DNA of 32,000 bases from Pseudocitrobacter corydidari (GCF_021172065.1 NZ_CP087880.1:1308583-1340582); one strand, 5' to 3'. Positions 18,824 to 27,086 are shown, counted from the first letter of the stretch. Notes: generated from the sequence alone by a model not told the origin. Numbers and translations are program-made.

Positions 18824-18856
18824 GGTGCGCATAATGTACGACTCGTTATGTTGAAA
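18824..18856 (+). other. attL hybrid dif-like site 1: XerC arm GGTGCGCATAA, 11-nt spacer TGTACGACTCG, XerD-like arm TTATGTTGAAA
   Basis: Compared with the E. coli dif GGTGCGCATAA-TGTATA-TTATGTTAAAT, the XerC arm matches 11/11, the first 4 nt of the spacer are identical, and the XerD-like arm matches 9/11 but is displaced by 5 extra nt. Confidence 0.7.
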
Positions 18857-18890
18857 AGGCCGCTGCGAAAATCGAATCCCGCAGCGGCCT
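18857..18890 (-). terminator. 11-bp GC-rich stem-loop; probable terminator of the 244-aa gene and tip of the att palindrome
   Basis: AGGCCGCTGCG (18857-18867) pairs with CGCAGCGGCCT (18880-18890) around a 12-nt loop. On the minus strand it is followed by TTTTC. Confidence 0.55.
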
Positions 18891-18919
18891 CTTTAGCATA
18901 ACGTCATTGTGCGTACCAA
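18891..18919 (-). other. Inverted dif-like site 2 (minus strand GGTACGCACAA-TGACG-TTATGCTAAAG)
   Basis: The reverse complement of 18891-18919 matches the dif XerC arm 9/11 and the XerD arm 9/11, with a 5-nt spacer. It is complementary to site 1. Confidence 0.6.
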
Positions 18920-18921
18920 TT

Positions 18922-19656
18922 TTATTCCTCAATAAAAAACCAATCTTTTTCATACCATTTATTGTGCATAGATAAACGTATAATAGTATCTCTCCATTCA
19001 CTAGGGCTTAAACTCTCTTTGTTTATGAACATCATATTGGCTATGGTATGATGAAAAACTAACCAAGAGCTTATTCCCGCACTTACTTGCTCGTCTATTT
19101 TTTCTATTTCAGCCAAATATTTATTTATCGTTGATTCCGTAACACCAATTGCGCTAGCTGTTTCAGCTAGGGTTTTTGACTCTATAATCATTTGATTTGC
19201 AAGTAGTTTTTTCTTTGTTGTGCTATATCTTATAATGTGTCTTTTTATTATGGCTTCTACTTTTAGAAGTATCTTATACTCATCGCTTTTTTGATATTCA
19301 ATCCATTTTAATTCATCCTCTTTTACTTTCGCATCAAATGGGATTTTATACTTATCTATGAAATCACTTGCGGCTGATGTGCTACTAAATATTTTTTTGT
19401 TGAGTTTTATATTTAATTTTTCTGATATTGTTAATATATACTCCATTTGCCGTTTGCTTGGCGGTTTTTCATCAAAATAGAGCATCCCTCTTAAAAAACA
19501 CTCTATTTTTTCTGCTTCGTTATTTTTGATGCTTGTTAATTGAGATTTTTTGTTTTTTTCAGATATAGAGTTATACAAAGATTTCGGTATTTCTATTAAA
19601 AAATCGCTGTTTCCAACTATTAATTTTACTATTTCTGTTTCAATTTTTAACATCAC
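18922..19656 (-). CDS. Hypothetical protein, AT-rich, with a possible C-terminal-half HTH (prophage accessory gene)
   Basis: 244-aa ORF with no competing frame. KTLAETASAIGVTESTINKYLAEIEKI looks like a sigma-70 region 4/LuxR-type HTH. I recognise no catalytic motif. Confidence 0.6.
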   Translation of the reverse strand: MMLKIETEIVKLIVGNSDFLIEIPKSLYNSISEKNKKSQLTSIKNNEAEKIECFLRGMLYFDEKPPSKRQMEYILTISEKLNIKLNKKIFSSTSAASDFIDKYKIPFDAKVKEDELKWIEYQKSDEYKILLKVEAIIKRHIIRYSTTKKKLLANQMIIESKTLAETASAIGVTESTINKYLAEIEKIDEQVSAGISSWLVFHHTIANMMFINKESLSPSEWRDTIIRLSMHNKWYEKDWFFIEE

Positions 19657-19758
19657 TGACTTCCTTATTGCTATCTTGTATTGGGGTATATCTTTCTACC
19701 GCGCAGCGGTTCGGGGTTCAGTGACACCCGAACTTTACCGTGGTTTCCCACGGTATTT

Positions 19759-20286
19759 TCACTTTTTCCCCTTCGGCTGCGGAAGGTTTAGCATCTTCAG
19801 CGTTTCTTCTTCTGTTGTGTAATTGTAGCGTTTGGTTTTAACACTGTTTATTGTGCGATCCAGATTCAGTAGGTCTATAAATTTTTCAAGAAAAACAACA
19901 TCATCTTTGTCTATGTCTCGGATCGCTGCCATAAGGCGCGTTTTTGCGGCAGCTTCACCTGCGGCATGACCTTGTAGCTTAAAATCAACACCGTAACCAA
20001 AAGCTGTCATATCTTCGCTAACTCCCTCAGGCGAAGGCAGGGTTGACTCACCAAATGCAAGCCACACTGGATTTTTTCCTGTCGCTTTAGCTATTTGTCT
20101 GATTTCTATCAATTTTGGTTCTCTTTCACCAGACGCCAGCCTTTTGAGGGTACTGACGCTGATACCCGTCTCATTTTCAATATCGTCATACGTGAAATTT
20201 TGAATAATGGATAGGCGTATACGTTCCGCGCACTCTTTGTCTGCTGCCATGTCTTCGGTCTTCTCGTACTGGTTATAAGGTCTCAA
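19759..20286 (-). CDS. XRE/Cro-CI-type HTH regulator (probable prophage repressor)
   Basis: 175 aa. IENETGISVSTLKRLASGEREPKLIEIRQIAKATGKNPVWLAFGE is an HTH_XRE signature. The gene is divergent from the replication gene. Confidence 0.7.
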   Translation of the reverse strand: MRPYNQYEKTEDMAADKECAERIRLSIIQNFTYDDIENETGISVSTLKRLASGEREPKLIEIRQIAKATGKNPVWLAFGESTLPSPEGVSEDMTAFGYGVDFKLQGHAAGEAAAKTRLMAAIRDIDKDDVVFLEKFIDLLNLDRTINSVKTKRYNYTTEEETLKMLNLPQPKGKK

Positions 20287-20445
20287 TCTTAACCTCCTTT
20301 TTTCAATGCTGAACTTTAAGTGTCAGTTGTGATGTTTTTTGGTGTCAGTATTGTTGACGTTCAGTATGTTTGGTAATAGCATTGTTGACACCGATTAGTA
20401 TCAATACTGAGCCTTGCGGTTCACCTGGACAAACTGAGAGATTCT
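20287..20445. promoter_or_regulatory. Divergent repressor/Rep control region with repeated motifs (candidate operators and promoters)
   Basis: - GTGTCAGT at 20320-20327 and 20342-20349.
- ATTGTTGAC at 20350-20358 and 20381-20389, each containing a TTGAC -35-like element.
- TCAGTATTG (20345-20353) is the inverse of CAATACTGA (20402-20410). Confidence 0.4.
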
Positions 20446-21561
20446 ATGTTTTACGACTGGTTAACTATCGAACAGGATTTCGGCTATCAGTTGCCGATAC
20501 TGAGCGATGTTGCTTATCAGCGTATACATCTTGAAAGCGGCGAGGCTTCAGCACTAAGCCAGCCCACATTCCAGCATAAGGGATCCTTTTGTGATGTCAT
20601 TTCGATCTCAATACGAGGATCATTGCTTAAGGTCTCAGGTAACCCGTCACGTTGGGGGAGGCTTGATAATCTTTTTGGTCTTAAGAGTGTTGATGCCTGC
20701 GTTTATGTTTACAACGAAATTCTTTCTTCTCTTGGTTTGCCAGTTTTTACAAAATGTACTCGGTTAATGCCAAGGCAAGGGAAAGAAAATGAAGCTGTTT
20801 CATTAGTCGCTGACGGTGCATGCATCAGAGAGTTACACATTACTTCAAATCGTTCTGTTGGAAAAGGTAACGAAGACGCCTATATTTCAGGCCTGTCTAC
20901 ATTACCATACAGAAATAGCGTTCCACGGCTCCATAGTAATGGTAAATCTGTTGACTGGTTATCTAAGAAAGGAAATGCCAGCCTTATTTACCCAACAGTA
21001 TATAACAAAGCACATGAACTAGCATTGCATTCACTACAAAAAATAAAATCAAAATTTGGTGATAACTCTAAAGAATATAACTACTTAATTAAAATAGTTG
21101 AGTATTGTTCAGAAAATGGCATTGTAAGATTTGAGCAAAAGTTAAAATCTAGATTTCTACAAAAATATCATTATTTATATTGGGGCTTATCAGATTACTC
21201 ATGCTTGAACGAATTACATAACCAATTTGTTAATCTTGATAAAACATTATCGGTGACTGCTATGGATTTTGATACTATCAGTGAACATTTAATCTCTCAG
21301 GGTGTTGTCGATAGTACAAGGTCGGCAAACACTACAGCTATGTATGCAATACAGTGGATGCATGGACATTCATTCGATTTTAATAAAAAACAAGTACAGA
21401 CGCACAGAGCAAGACTTAGAAAAATAGGCATTGATATCGCTCAACGTTGCAATATAGCAAAATTCAGCCCTGTTATTGTGAAAAATAAAAGAGATGTTGT
21501 TGTTTCTGATTGTAAAATTCCAGACTGGTATCATAAAGCAAGTCATTTAAAAGTTGCCTAA
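20446..21561 (+). CDS. Rolling-circle replication initiation protein (pII/RstA-like)
   Basis: 371 aa and the first gene of the plus-strand inovirus module. The N-terminal MFYDWLTIEQ resembles the conserved DWL(T/S) start of Rep_trans/phage replication initiators. The call rests on position and size. Confidence 0.65.
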   Translation: MFYDWLTIEQDFGYQLPILSDVAYQRIHLESGEASALSQPTFQHKGSFCDVISISIRGSLLKVSGNPSRWGRLDNLFGLKSVDACVYVYNEILSSLGLPVFTKCTRLMPRQGKENEAVSLVADGACIRELHITSNRSVGKGNEDAYISGLSTLPYRNSVPRLHSNGKSVDWLSKKGNASLIYPTVYNKAHELALHSLQKIKSKFGDNSKEYNYLIKIVEYCSENGIVRFEQKLKSRFLQKYHYLYWGLSDYSCLNELHNQFVNLDKTLSVTAMDFDTISEHLISQGVVDSTRSANTTAMYAIQWMHGHSFDFNKKQVQTHRARLRKIGIDIAQRCNIAKFSPVIVKNKRDVVVSDCKIPDWYHKASHLKVA

Positions 21562-21575
21562 AGTGGAGAATATGA

Positions 21576-21893
21576 ATGTCAAATTATGGGTTGTTTGTTA
21601 AAGGTAAGATGCTTGGCGCTCGTCAGAGAAACAAGGTGAATGGTCAGGGCTATTATAATGAAATCGGTATTGGCCTTGAAATACCTGATGGTTTTGGTGG
21701 TACAAAGCAGGACCAAATTATTATTCGAGTTTCACAAAATCTTGTGAATGCAGGCCTAATGAATCAGGCGAATACTTTTATCGGGAAATTAGTTCAAATT
21801 CCCGTGTATGTTCGCGCGTGGTCAATGGAGGGCAGGGAAGGTGTAACTTATAATTTTTCTTCTGACGGCGGCATTATAGAGATAAAGGGATAG
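21576..21893 (+). CDS. Putative ssDNA-binding protein (pV-like)
   Basis: 105 aa, immediately after Rep as in most inoviruses, with an RBS (GGAG) upstream. The call is by position and size only. Confidence 0.45.
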   Translation: MSNYGLFVKGKMLGARQRNKVNGQGYYNEIGIGLEIPDGFGGTKQDQIIIRVSQNLVNAGLMNQANTFIGKLVQIPVYVRAWSMEGREGVTYNFSSDGGIIEIKG

Positions 21894-21933
21894 GTGTGTG
21901 TCAATAAGGTTTCGTTAAATCTAATAAATTATT

Positions 21934-22203
21934 ATGTCAGATGAGATAATCATTAAGACTAAATATTGCAATCCGAATATGAGCTTTGGTAGCCCTGACG
22001 GATGTGATGAAGTGACTTTGAAATTACCGAAGTCAGAAGTTGTTAAATTACAGTCTTCGGTAGTTACTCAGGATAAGCCTGTTCCCGATATTGATTATTC
22101 AGTCGCGGCGCAATTCTGGGGACTGGCTTTTACGACAACCTTTTTCCTGTGGCTCTTTGCAAAGGGAATAGGTGAAATTCTTAAACACATAAGAAATGCA
22201 TAA
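21934..22203 (+). CDS. Small membrane protein, possible minor coat protein
   Basis: 89 aa with a C-terminal hydrophobic helix (FWGLAFTTTFFLWLFAKGIG) and a basic tail. It is located just before the major coat gene. Confidence 0.4.
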   Translation: MSDEIIIKTKYCNPNMSFGSPDGCDEVTLKLPKSEVVKLQSSVVTQDKPVPDIDYSVAAQFWGLAFTTTFFLWLFAKGIGEILKHIRNA

Positions 22204-22214
22204 AAGGAGTTTTT

Positions 22215-22463
22215 ATGTTTGGTAAGACTAAACAGGCTTTAACCCGTATTGGTGCTTTTACTCTGGCTGTAGCTGCACCTGCTGTATTTGCTGCTGAAGG
22301 TGATGTTGTTGGTGGTAAAGGTATTGACCTTTCGCCGCTGACCAATAGCGTTAATTTCGGTTCCGTCCTGACCGGGATTATGGCGGTAGCGGGTTCTCTT
22401 ATTGTTCTGTATGCAGGTTCTGCGGGTGTCCGCTGGATTTTGCGTATGGTTCGTGGCGCTTAA
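22215..22463 (+). CDS. Major coat protein (pVIII-like)
   Basis: 82 aa with a strong RBS (AAGGAG). The signal peptide ends AVFA|AEGD. It has an acidic N-terminus, a hydrophobic core (VLTGIMAVAGSLIVLYAG) and a basic C-terminus (RWILRMVRGA). Confidence 0.8.
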   Translation: MFGKTKQALTRIGAFTLAVAAPAVFAAEGDVVGGKGIDLSPLTNSVNFGSVLTGIMAVAGSLIVLYAGSAGVRWILRMVRGA

Positions 22464-22474
22464 TTCATAAAGGT

Positions 22475-22500
22475 AAGGGGCGTAACAGCCCCTTTATATT
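22475..22500 (+). terminator. Stem-loop terminator right after the major coat gene
   Basis: AAGGGGC, loop GTAACA, GCCCCTT, then TATATTT. Ff phages have a terminator in the same position after gene VIII. Confidence 0.55.
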
Positions 22501-22548
22501 TATGGCTCAATATCTTTTTGATTTTATGTGTTTTTTATGGGGGCTTTT

Positions 22549-24411
22549 ATGCGCCTGGGCGGTCATTCAGGGTTTGGAAAGTTAGGTATTACTATATTGT
22601 CCTTAATGGTTTCATCCGGTGTACACGCTGATGCAGTAACAGCAGACGGATTTGGACGTGTAATTCAGCAAATGGTTGAAACCCGTGAAGCTCAGGTTGT
22701 TTCTCAATCTGCGGGGCGTGTATTTGCAACGGGTGCCAGTTCTCTTGGTATGGGCGCGGGTATTGCTGTCGCTGCGGAGGTTATACGCGAACGTCCTGAC
22801 GTTTTTGATTCAATCCGCATGTGTGGCGAGAAAGTGGGTAATCCTCAGCTTTGTACCGGAACGTCAGTTTTCGCGGCTGCTTATGGGCTTGCGAAGCATA
22901 CGATTGACGATTCGATATCTACGGGTATTTCAAGTTTTGGCAGTAATATGATGGCTGCCGGACAGACAACATGGGGATTGCTGGGGCAGGCGGCGGGCGT
23001 TATTTCCGTTGCTGACCTTGCTTTAAAGCAGGGCGCAAAAGCTGTTGAATATATTACAAGTGGAATAAAACAGGATGATGGATCTTATTTACTTAATTTG
23101 CCCAATGGTGCTACTGTTACTTCTTATGTTGCACCTTCACCTAAAAGCCCTGTTGCTGTTTATCTGCCCTCTGATGCTACTGGCTTTTCTGCAAAGAAAA
23201 TTCAGGATACGATAGACCCGTATAATCAGCAGGTTAAACCTGTTCAGGTTGCGCCTACATATTATAATGTTGATGCACCACCGCCGATAAGTCAGCCATT
23301 CCCGAATGATGTATATCGTGTGTCAGTGAAAGGTACTAAATATCCTTATTCGGCTGATATCAGGGATACAAAGGGAGATGCTGTTCTTGTTAGCGATAAT
23401 CCTGTAATGATTGCGCTTTATAAGTCGATTAATGGTTATTCTCATTCCAATGTGACTTATCATGAGGCGTCTGACGACAATAACTTACATATCAGAATGC
23501 CCAGAAATTTTAAGGTTTATTCGGTTTCTGTTAAAGACTTTCAGTATGTAAAGCCGAACCCTTATTTTGGTGGATATTCATCGATTGTAACTGTGGTTTT
23601 ATCTGTTGCGACAACAACAGTTACGCTTGAAAATTCATGGGATTTATGTAAAAGCGAGAAAGTACCTGTGCCGGGCAGTACGGCTGATAATCCCAAAACG
23701 CAGTGGAAAAGTATTTGCCACCCTGAGAAGGCTGTGTATAAAACAACTAATGATGTTCAGGACGTTAAAGACCAGATATTTTTTAATACAAATTTTGATA
23801 CATCAAACTTACCTCAGGTAATTAATGGTGAGGTTATTGATAATATAGATTTCAAGCCGGAGGAACTGTTAAACCCGGCTGCGCTGGTTAATCTTATTAA
23901 TGGCCTTGCAGGTCAGACTGTTGTTCAGGAGGGATATCAGGGTATACCGCTTGATAAACCTTTTACGGCAGCTGAACTGACGGCTGCAGCTAATGCAGTT
24001 GGCGTAAAACTTGATAAGGGTTTGCTTTATAGTCCGGTTGTCGTTCCTCAGTCGTGGGTTAATGCCAGACCCGGTGCAGGAACGGATACAGGTGTACACC
24101 CTGGTACAGGTACAGATACCGATATTTCTGTTGATTTAGGCGAAGACCCCGGCATTAAATCGCCGGAACTTGAAAAGCCGCCTACTGGTGAGGAAATTCT
24201 CAAGCCGATTACGGAATTAATGCCGGACATTAAAAACCTGAGTATTTCATCGAAGGATGTACAGTGCCCTGTGTGGTCGTTCGAACTCTGGGATAATAAA
24301 TATTCCATTGATTCACACTGCGAACTTCTGGAAAAAATCAGGCCCCTTTTGAAAGCGGTATTCCTGCTTATCTGGGGCATTATTTCTCTGCGTATCATTC
24401 TGACGGCGTGA
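22549..24411 (+). CDS. Receptor-binding/adsorption minor coat protein (pIII-like)
   Basis: About 620 aa. It has a signal peptide (MRLGGHSGFGKLGITILSLMVSSGVHA), a Gly/Thr/Asp-rich linker (GAGTDTGVHPGTGTDTD) and a C-terminal membrane anchor (LLKAVFLLIWGIISLRIILTA). Alternative starts lie at 22528 (GTG) and 22537 (ATG). Confidence 0.7.
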   Translation: MRLGGHSGFGKLGITILSLMVSSGVHADAVTADGFGRVIQQMVETREAQVVSQSAGRVFATGASSLGMGAGIAVAAEVIRERPDVFDSIRMCGEKVGNPQLCTGTSVFAAAYGLAKHTIDDSISTGISSFGSNMMAAGQTTWGLLGQAAGVISVADLALKQGAKAVEYITSGIKQDDGSYLLNLPNGATVTSYVAPSPKSPVAVYLPSDATGFSAKKIQDTIDPYNQQVKPVQVAPTYYNVDAPPPISQPFPNDVYRVSVKGTKYPYSADIRDTKGDAVLVSDNPVMIALYKSINGYSHSNVTYHEASDDNNLHIRMPRNFKVYSVSVKDFQYVKPNPYFGGYSSIVTVVLSVATTTVTLENSWDLCKSEKVPVPGSTADNPKTQWKSICHPEKAVYKTTNDVQDVKDQIFFNTNFDTSNLPQVINGEVIDNIDFKPEELLNPAALVNLINGLAGQTVVQEGYQGIPLDKPFTAAELTAAANAVGVKLDKGLLYSPVVVPQSWVNARPGAGTDTGVHPGTGTDTDISVDLGEDPGIKSPELEKPPTGEEILKPITELMPDIKNLSISSKDVQCPVWSFELWDNKYSIDSHCELLEKIRPLLKAVFLLIWGIISLRIILTA

Positions 24412-24421
24412 GGGAGGCGTT

Positions 24422-24709
24422 ATGTTCGGTATTCTGGTTTCAGCCTTTAACGTGGCGCTTGGTTTTGTGCTACGAACTGTGGTTGTTAAATTCATTCTGT
24501 TTTTTGGCCTGTATTTTGTCGTACAGGCGTTTGTTCCGGTTCTGGCGTCACTGTTGCCAAAATCTGTTGATATTGCCGGGTTATTTTCCTCACTGCCTGA
24601 CAGCGTATGGTTTTTCGTGAATATGTTTATGGTCACGGAAGGAATTAAATTGATGTTTTCAGCATTGTTAACGCGTTTTATTATTCGTCGCATTCCTCTG
24701 ATTGGTTAA
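24422..24709 (+). CDS. Hydrophobic minor coat protein (pVI-like)
   Basis: 95 aa with multiple hydrophobic helices and an RBS (GGGAGG). It lies between the pIII-like and pI-like genes, as in Ff and CTXphi (Ace position). Confidence 0.55.
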   Translation: MFGILVSAFNVALGFVLRTVVVKFILFFGLYFVVQAFVPVLASLLPKSVDIAGLFSSLPDSVWFFVNMFMVTEGIKLMFSALLTRFIIRRIPLIG

Positions 24710-24712
24710 TTT

Positions 24713-25747
24713 ATGGCTATTTCTGCGTATGTGGGCATTCCGGGTAGCGGTAAATCTTACGAAGTAGTGGCAAGCGTCATTATTCCCGCCTGTATCGCGG
24801 GGCGTCGCATTGTCAGTAATATTTACGGCCTTGCCACGCAAAGTATTTATGATTACTGCGTTGATATTAAAAAGGCAGACAGGGAGTCTCTTGGTGAAAT
24901 TTTACTTGTTCAGAATGAAGACGTTCAGAACGATAACTTTTTCCCTTACAAAACAGACTCAGGCATTGCGGAGGATACGTTCTGTCGTCCGGGGGATTTA
25001 ATTTGTATTGATGAAGCATGGCGTATATGGGAGAACGATAAGGGCATCCCTGCCAATCATCGTTCTTTCATTGCTGAACATCGTCATTTTGCCGATGAAA
25101 AAACGGGTATTACCTGTGATTTAGTGGTTATGAATCAGTCCGTTGCCAACCTTCCGCGATTCATCAAAGACCGGGTGGAAACCACGTACCGCATGAGTAA
25201 GCATGTGGCGCTGGGGTTGCACAACCGCTACCGGGTGGACGTATTTACGGGCATTAAACTGTTTAAGTCTAACCTGACGAACAGTTATCAGAATAAATAT
25301 GACAGGGCGATATTTCCTTTATATAAATCCCATGAAAACGGGCAGGGAAGGGAGCTTGTCACGGATAAACGCCAGAATATTTTCAGTTCCAAAATGCTGT
25401 GGTTTAAAGCCGCTGGGTTACTGATTCTGGCGGTGATTGCCATTTTTTATCTGTTCTGGTTCTTTACGTCTAACGGTAATTCAGAGCCTGAACAGCAGAC
25501 TAAAGATTTACCCGCCGCAAATAATTCAGCGTCTTTTGTACCTACCGCGCCAGCTAAGCCCGTTGTGTCGGACAAATGGCGACTTGCCGGACGGCTTAAA
25601 CGCGATGGTCAGGCATGGGTTGTTGTTGCAGACACGTCAGGCAGATTGCGTATAGAGCCGGCTTCGCAGTTCAGCTTTGACGGCATGATGATGACGGGTG
25701 AAATCGACGGCGAAACGGTGACGGTTTATTCAGGGGCGATACGATGA
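24713..25747 (+). CDS. Zot/pI-family phage assembly ATPase
   Basis: 344 aa. It has a Walker A motif (GIPGSGKSYEVV), a Walker B-like motif (LICIDEAW) and a central TM segment (LWFKAAGLLILAVIAIFYLFWFF), which is the Zot/pI architecture. Confidence 0.9.
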   Translation: MAISAYVGIPGSGKSYEVVASVIIPACIAGRRIVSNIYGLATQSIYDYCVDIKKADRESLGEILLVQNEDVQNDNFFPYKTDSGIAEDTFCRPGDLICIDEAWRIWENDKGIPANHRSFIAEHRHFADEKTGITCDLVVMNQSVANLPRFIKDRVETTYRMSKHVALGLHNRYRVDVFTGIKLFKSNLTNSYQNKYDRAIFPLYKSHENGQGRELVTDKRQNIFSSKMLWFKAAGLLILAVIAIFYLFWFFTSNGNSEPEQQTKDLPAANNSASFVPTAPAKPVVSDKWRLAGRLKRDGQAWVVVADTSGRLRIEPASQFSFDGMMMTGEIDGETVTVYSGAIR

Positions 25748-27006
25748 AGCTGATAACAGGTTTACTTTTTTTACTGGTTCCGGGGCTGGTTATGGCGAAG
25801 GGCGTCAGTCTGGAGCTCAACGCTGTTCCGCTGCCGCAGGCGCTGAACATGATTTACGTTCAGGTGTTCGATAAGCCGTTTATGCTTGACCCGGAGCTTG
25901 CCAAATCCGATAAGGTGGTGACGTTCCGTATCACGCCGGATATCGATGAACGGGCATTTATTAAGCGCTATCTCGGCAATATGAACATTGCGATTTATAA
26001 CAAACAGGGCATTGACTACGTGGCGCCGTTCACGCCGAAAGCGTATGTGCCACCGCAGGAGACCTTTGTTTATCGTCCGCGCTTCCGTTCCGTGGCGTAT
26101 CTTTCTGACATTCTGGCCGGGCAGTTTACCGGGCAGTTTAACAGCCAGCGTAATTCGTTACCGTCCGGGCAGATATCACCGGAAGCGGCTGTAGCGGGTA
26201 CGGCATCGGACTTCATGAACCGTACCGGGGATGTGCTGGTTTATTATGGCCGGAAGTCAGAAATTAAGCGGTTGCAGACGCTGTTACCGCTGATTGATAC
26301 CGCTTCTGAGGAAGTGATTGTGGCCGCTTACGTGTTTGAGGTTCAGACCAGCGAGCGTAACGGCTCAGGGTTGGCACTGGCGGCGAAGCTGCTTTCCGGT
26401 AAGCTGAATATTCAGATTGGCGCATCGGGTGGTTTTGACAACTTTATCCGGGTGAATACAGGCTCTCTCGATGCGTTGTATGAGTTGTTCAGGACGGACA
26501 GCCGTTTTCATGTCGTCAGTTCGCCGAGGCTCAGGGTGAAGGATGGCGCATCAGCCACGTTTTCAGTCGGTAATGAGGTTCCGGTGCTGGGCCAGGTGAG
26601 TTACGCCGATAACAGGCCGATACAGTCGATTGAATACCGTTCCAGCGGCGTTATTTTGGACGTGAAACCGCAAATCCGGACTGACAATATTGACCTCGTA
26701 ATCAGGCAACAGCTTTCCAGCTTTGCGAAGACGGATACGGGCGTCAATAACAGCCCGACGCTGATTAAGCGCGAGGTCAATACGGAGGTATCAGCGGCTG
26801 ACGGGGATATCATTTTGCTGGGTGGTCTGGCTGAGTCGAAGGTCACGAACGCCGATACCGGATTTAGTTTTCTGCCAAAAGGCTGGCTCACCAGTTCATC
26901 TGACGAGAAGAATAAGACGGATATTCTTGTCGTGTTACAGGCGAAAAAAGTCAGGCGCGCCAGCGCCGCGCACGCACCGAGTTCCCACGAGGAGCGCGCG
27001 CGGTGA
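25744..27006 (+). CDS. Phage secretin (pIV-like, GspD/PulD superfamily)
   Basis: 420 aa with a signal peptide and secretin C-domain motifs (VVSSPRLRVKDGASATFSVGNEVPVLG...ILLGGL). Its start overlaps the pI-like stop (ATGA). Confidence 0.9.
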   Translation: MKLITGLLFLLVPGLVMAKGVSLELNAVPLPQALNMIYVQVFDKPFMLDPELAKSDKVVTFRITPDIDERAFIKRYLGNMNIAIYNKQGIDYVAPFTPKAYVPPQETFVYRPRFRSVAYLSDILAGQFTGQFNSQRNSLPSGQISPEAAVAGTASDFMNRTGDVLVYYGRKSEIKRLQTLLPLIDTASEEVIVAAYVFEVQTSERNGSGLALAAKLLSGKLNIQIGASGGFDNFIRVNTGSLDALYELFRTDSRFHVVSSPRLRVKDGASATFSVGNEVPVLGQVSYADNRPIQSIEYRSSGVILDVKPQIRTDNIDLVIRQQLSSFAKTDTGVNNSPTLIKREVNTEVSAADGDIILLGGLAESKVTNADTGFSFLPKGWLTSSSDEKNKTDILVVLQAKKVRRASAAHAPSSHEERAR

Positions 27007-27086
27007 TGGTGGCGACGGGGTGACGTGATGGTATATCCGGTTTTAATGTCGTCAGGTATGTAGGGCGTGTATTATGTTTTTATCTT

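Noticed and set aside
19550-19822. A 90-aa plus-strand ORF (and its copy at 28560..28832) spanning the 5' end of the 244-aa gene, the intergenic region and the 3' end of the repressor gene.
   Set aside because: It overlaps two better-supported minus-strand genes and a hairpin-rich spacer. The Phe/Ile/Ser-rich translation is typical of the antisense of AT-rich coding DNA.
20816-24693. Internal out-of-frame or antisense ORFs within Rep, the pIII-like gene and the pVI-like gene (20816..21022, 22676..22951, 23606..23821, 23869..24099, 24048..24398, 24313..24693, 24408..24620).
   Set aside because: They are embedded in longer ORFs with recognisable inovirus features. None has an RBS or a motif of its own.
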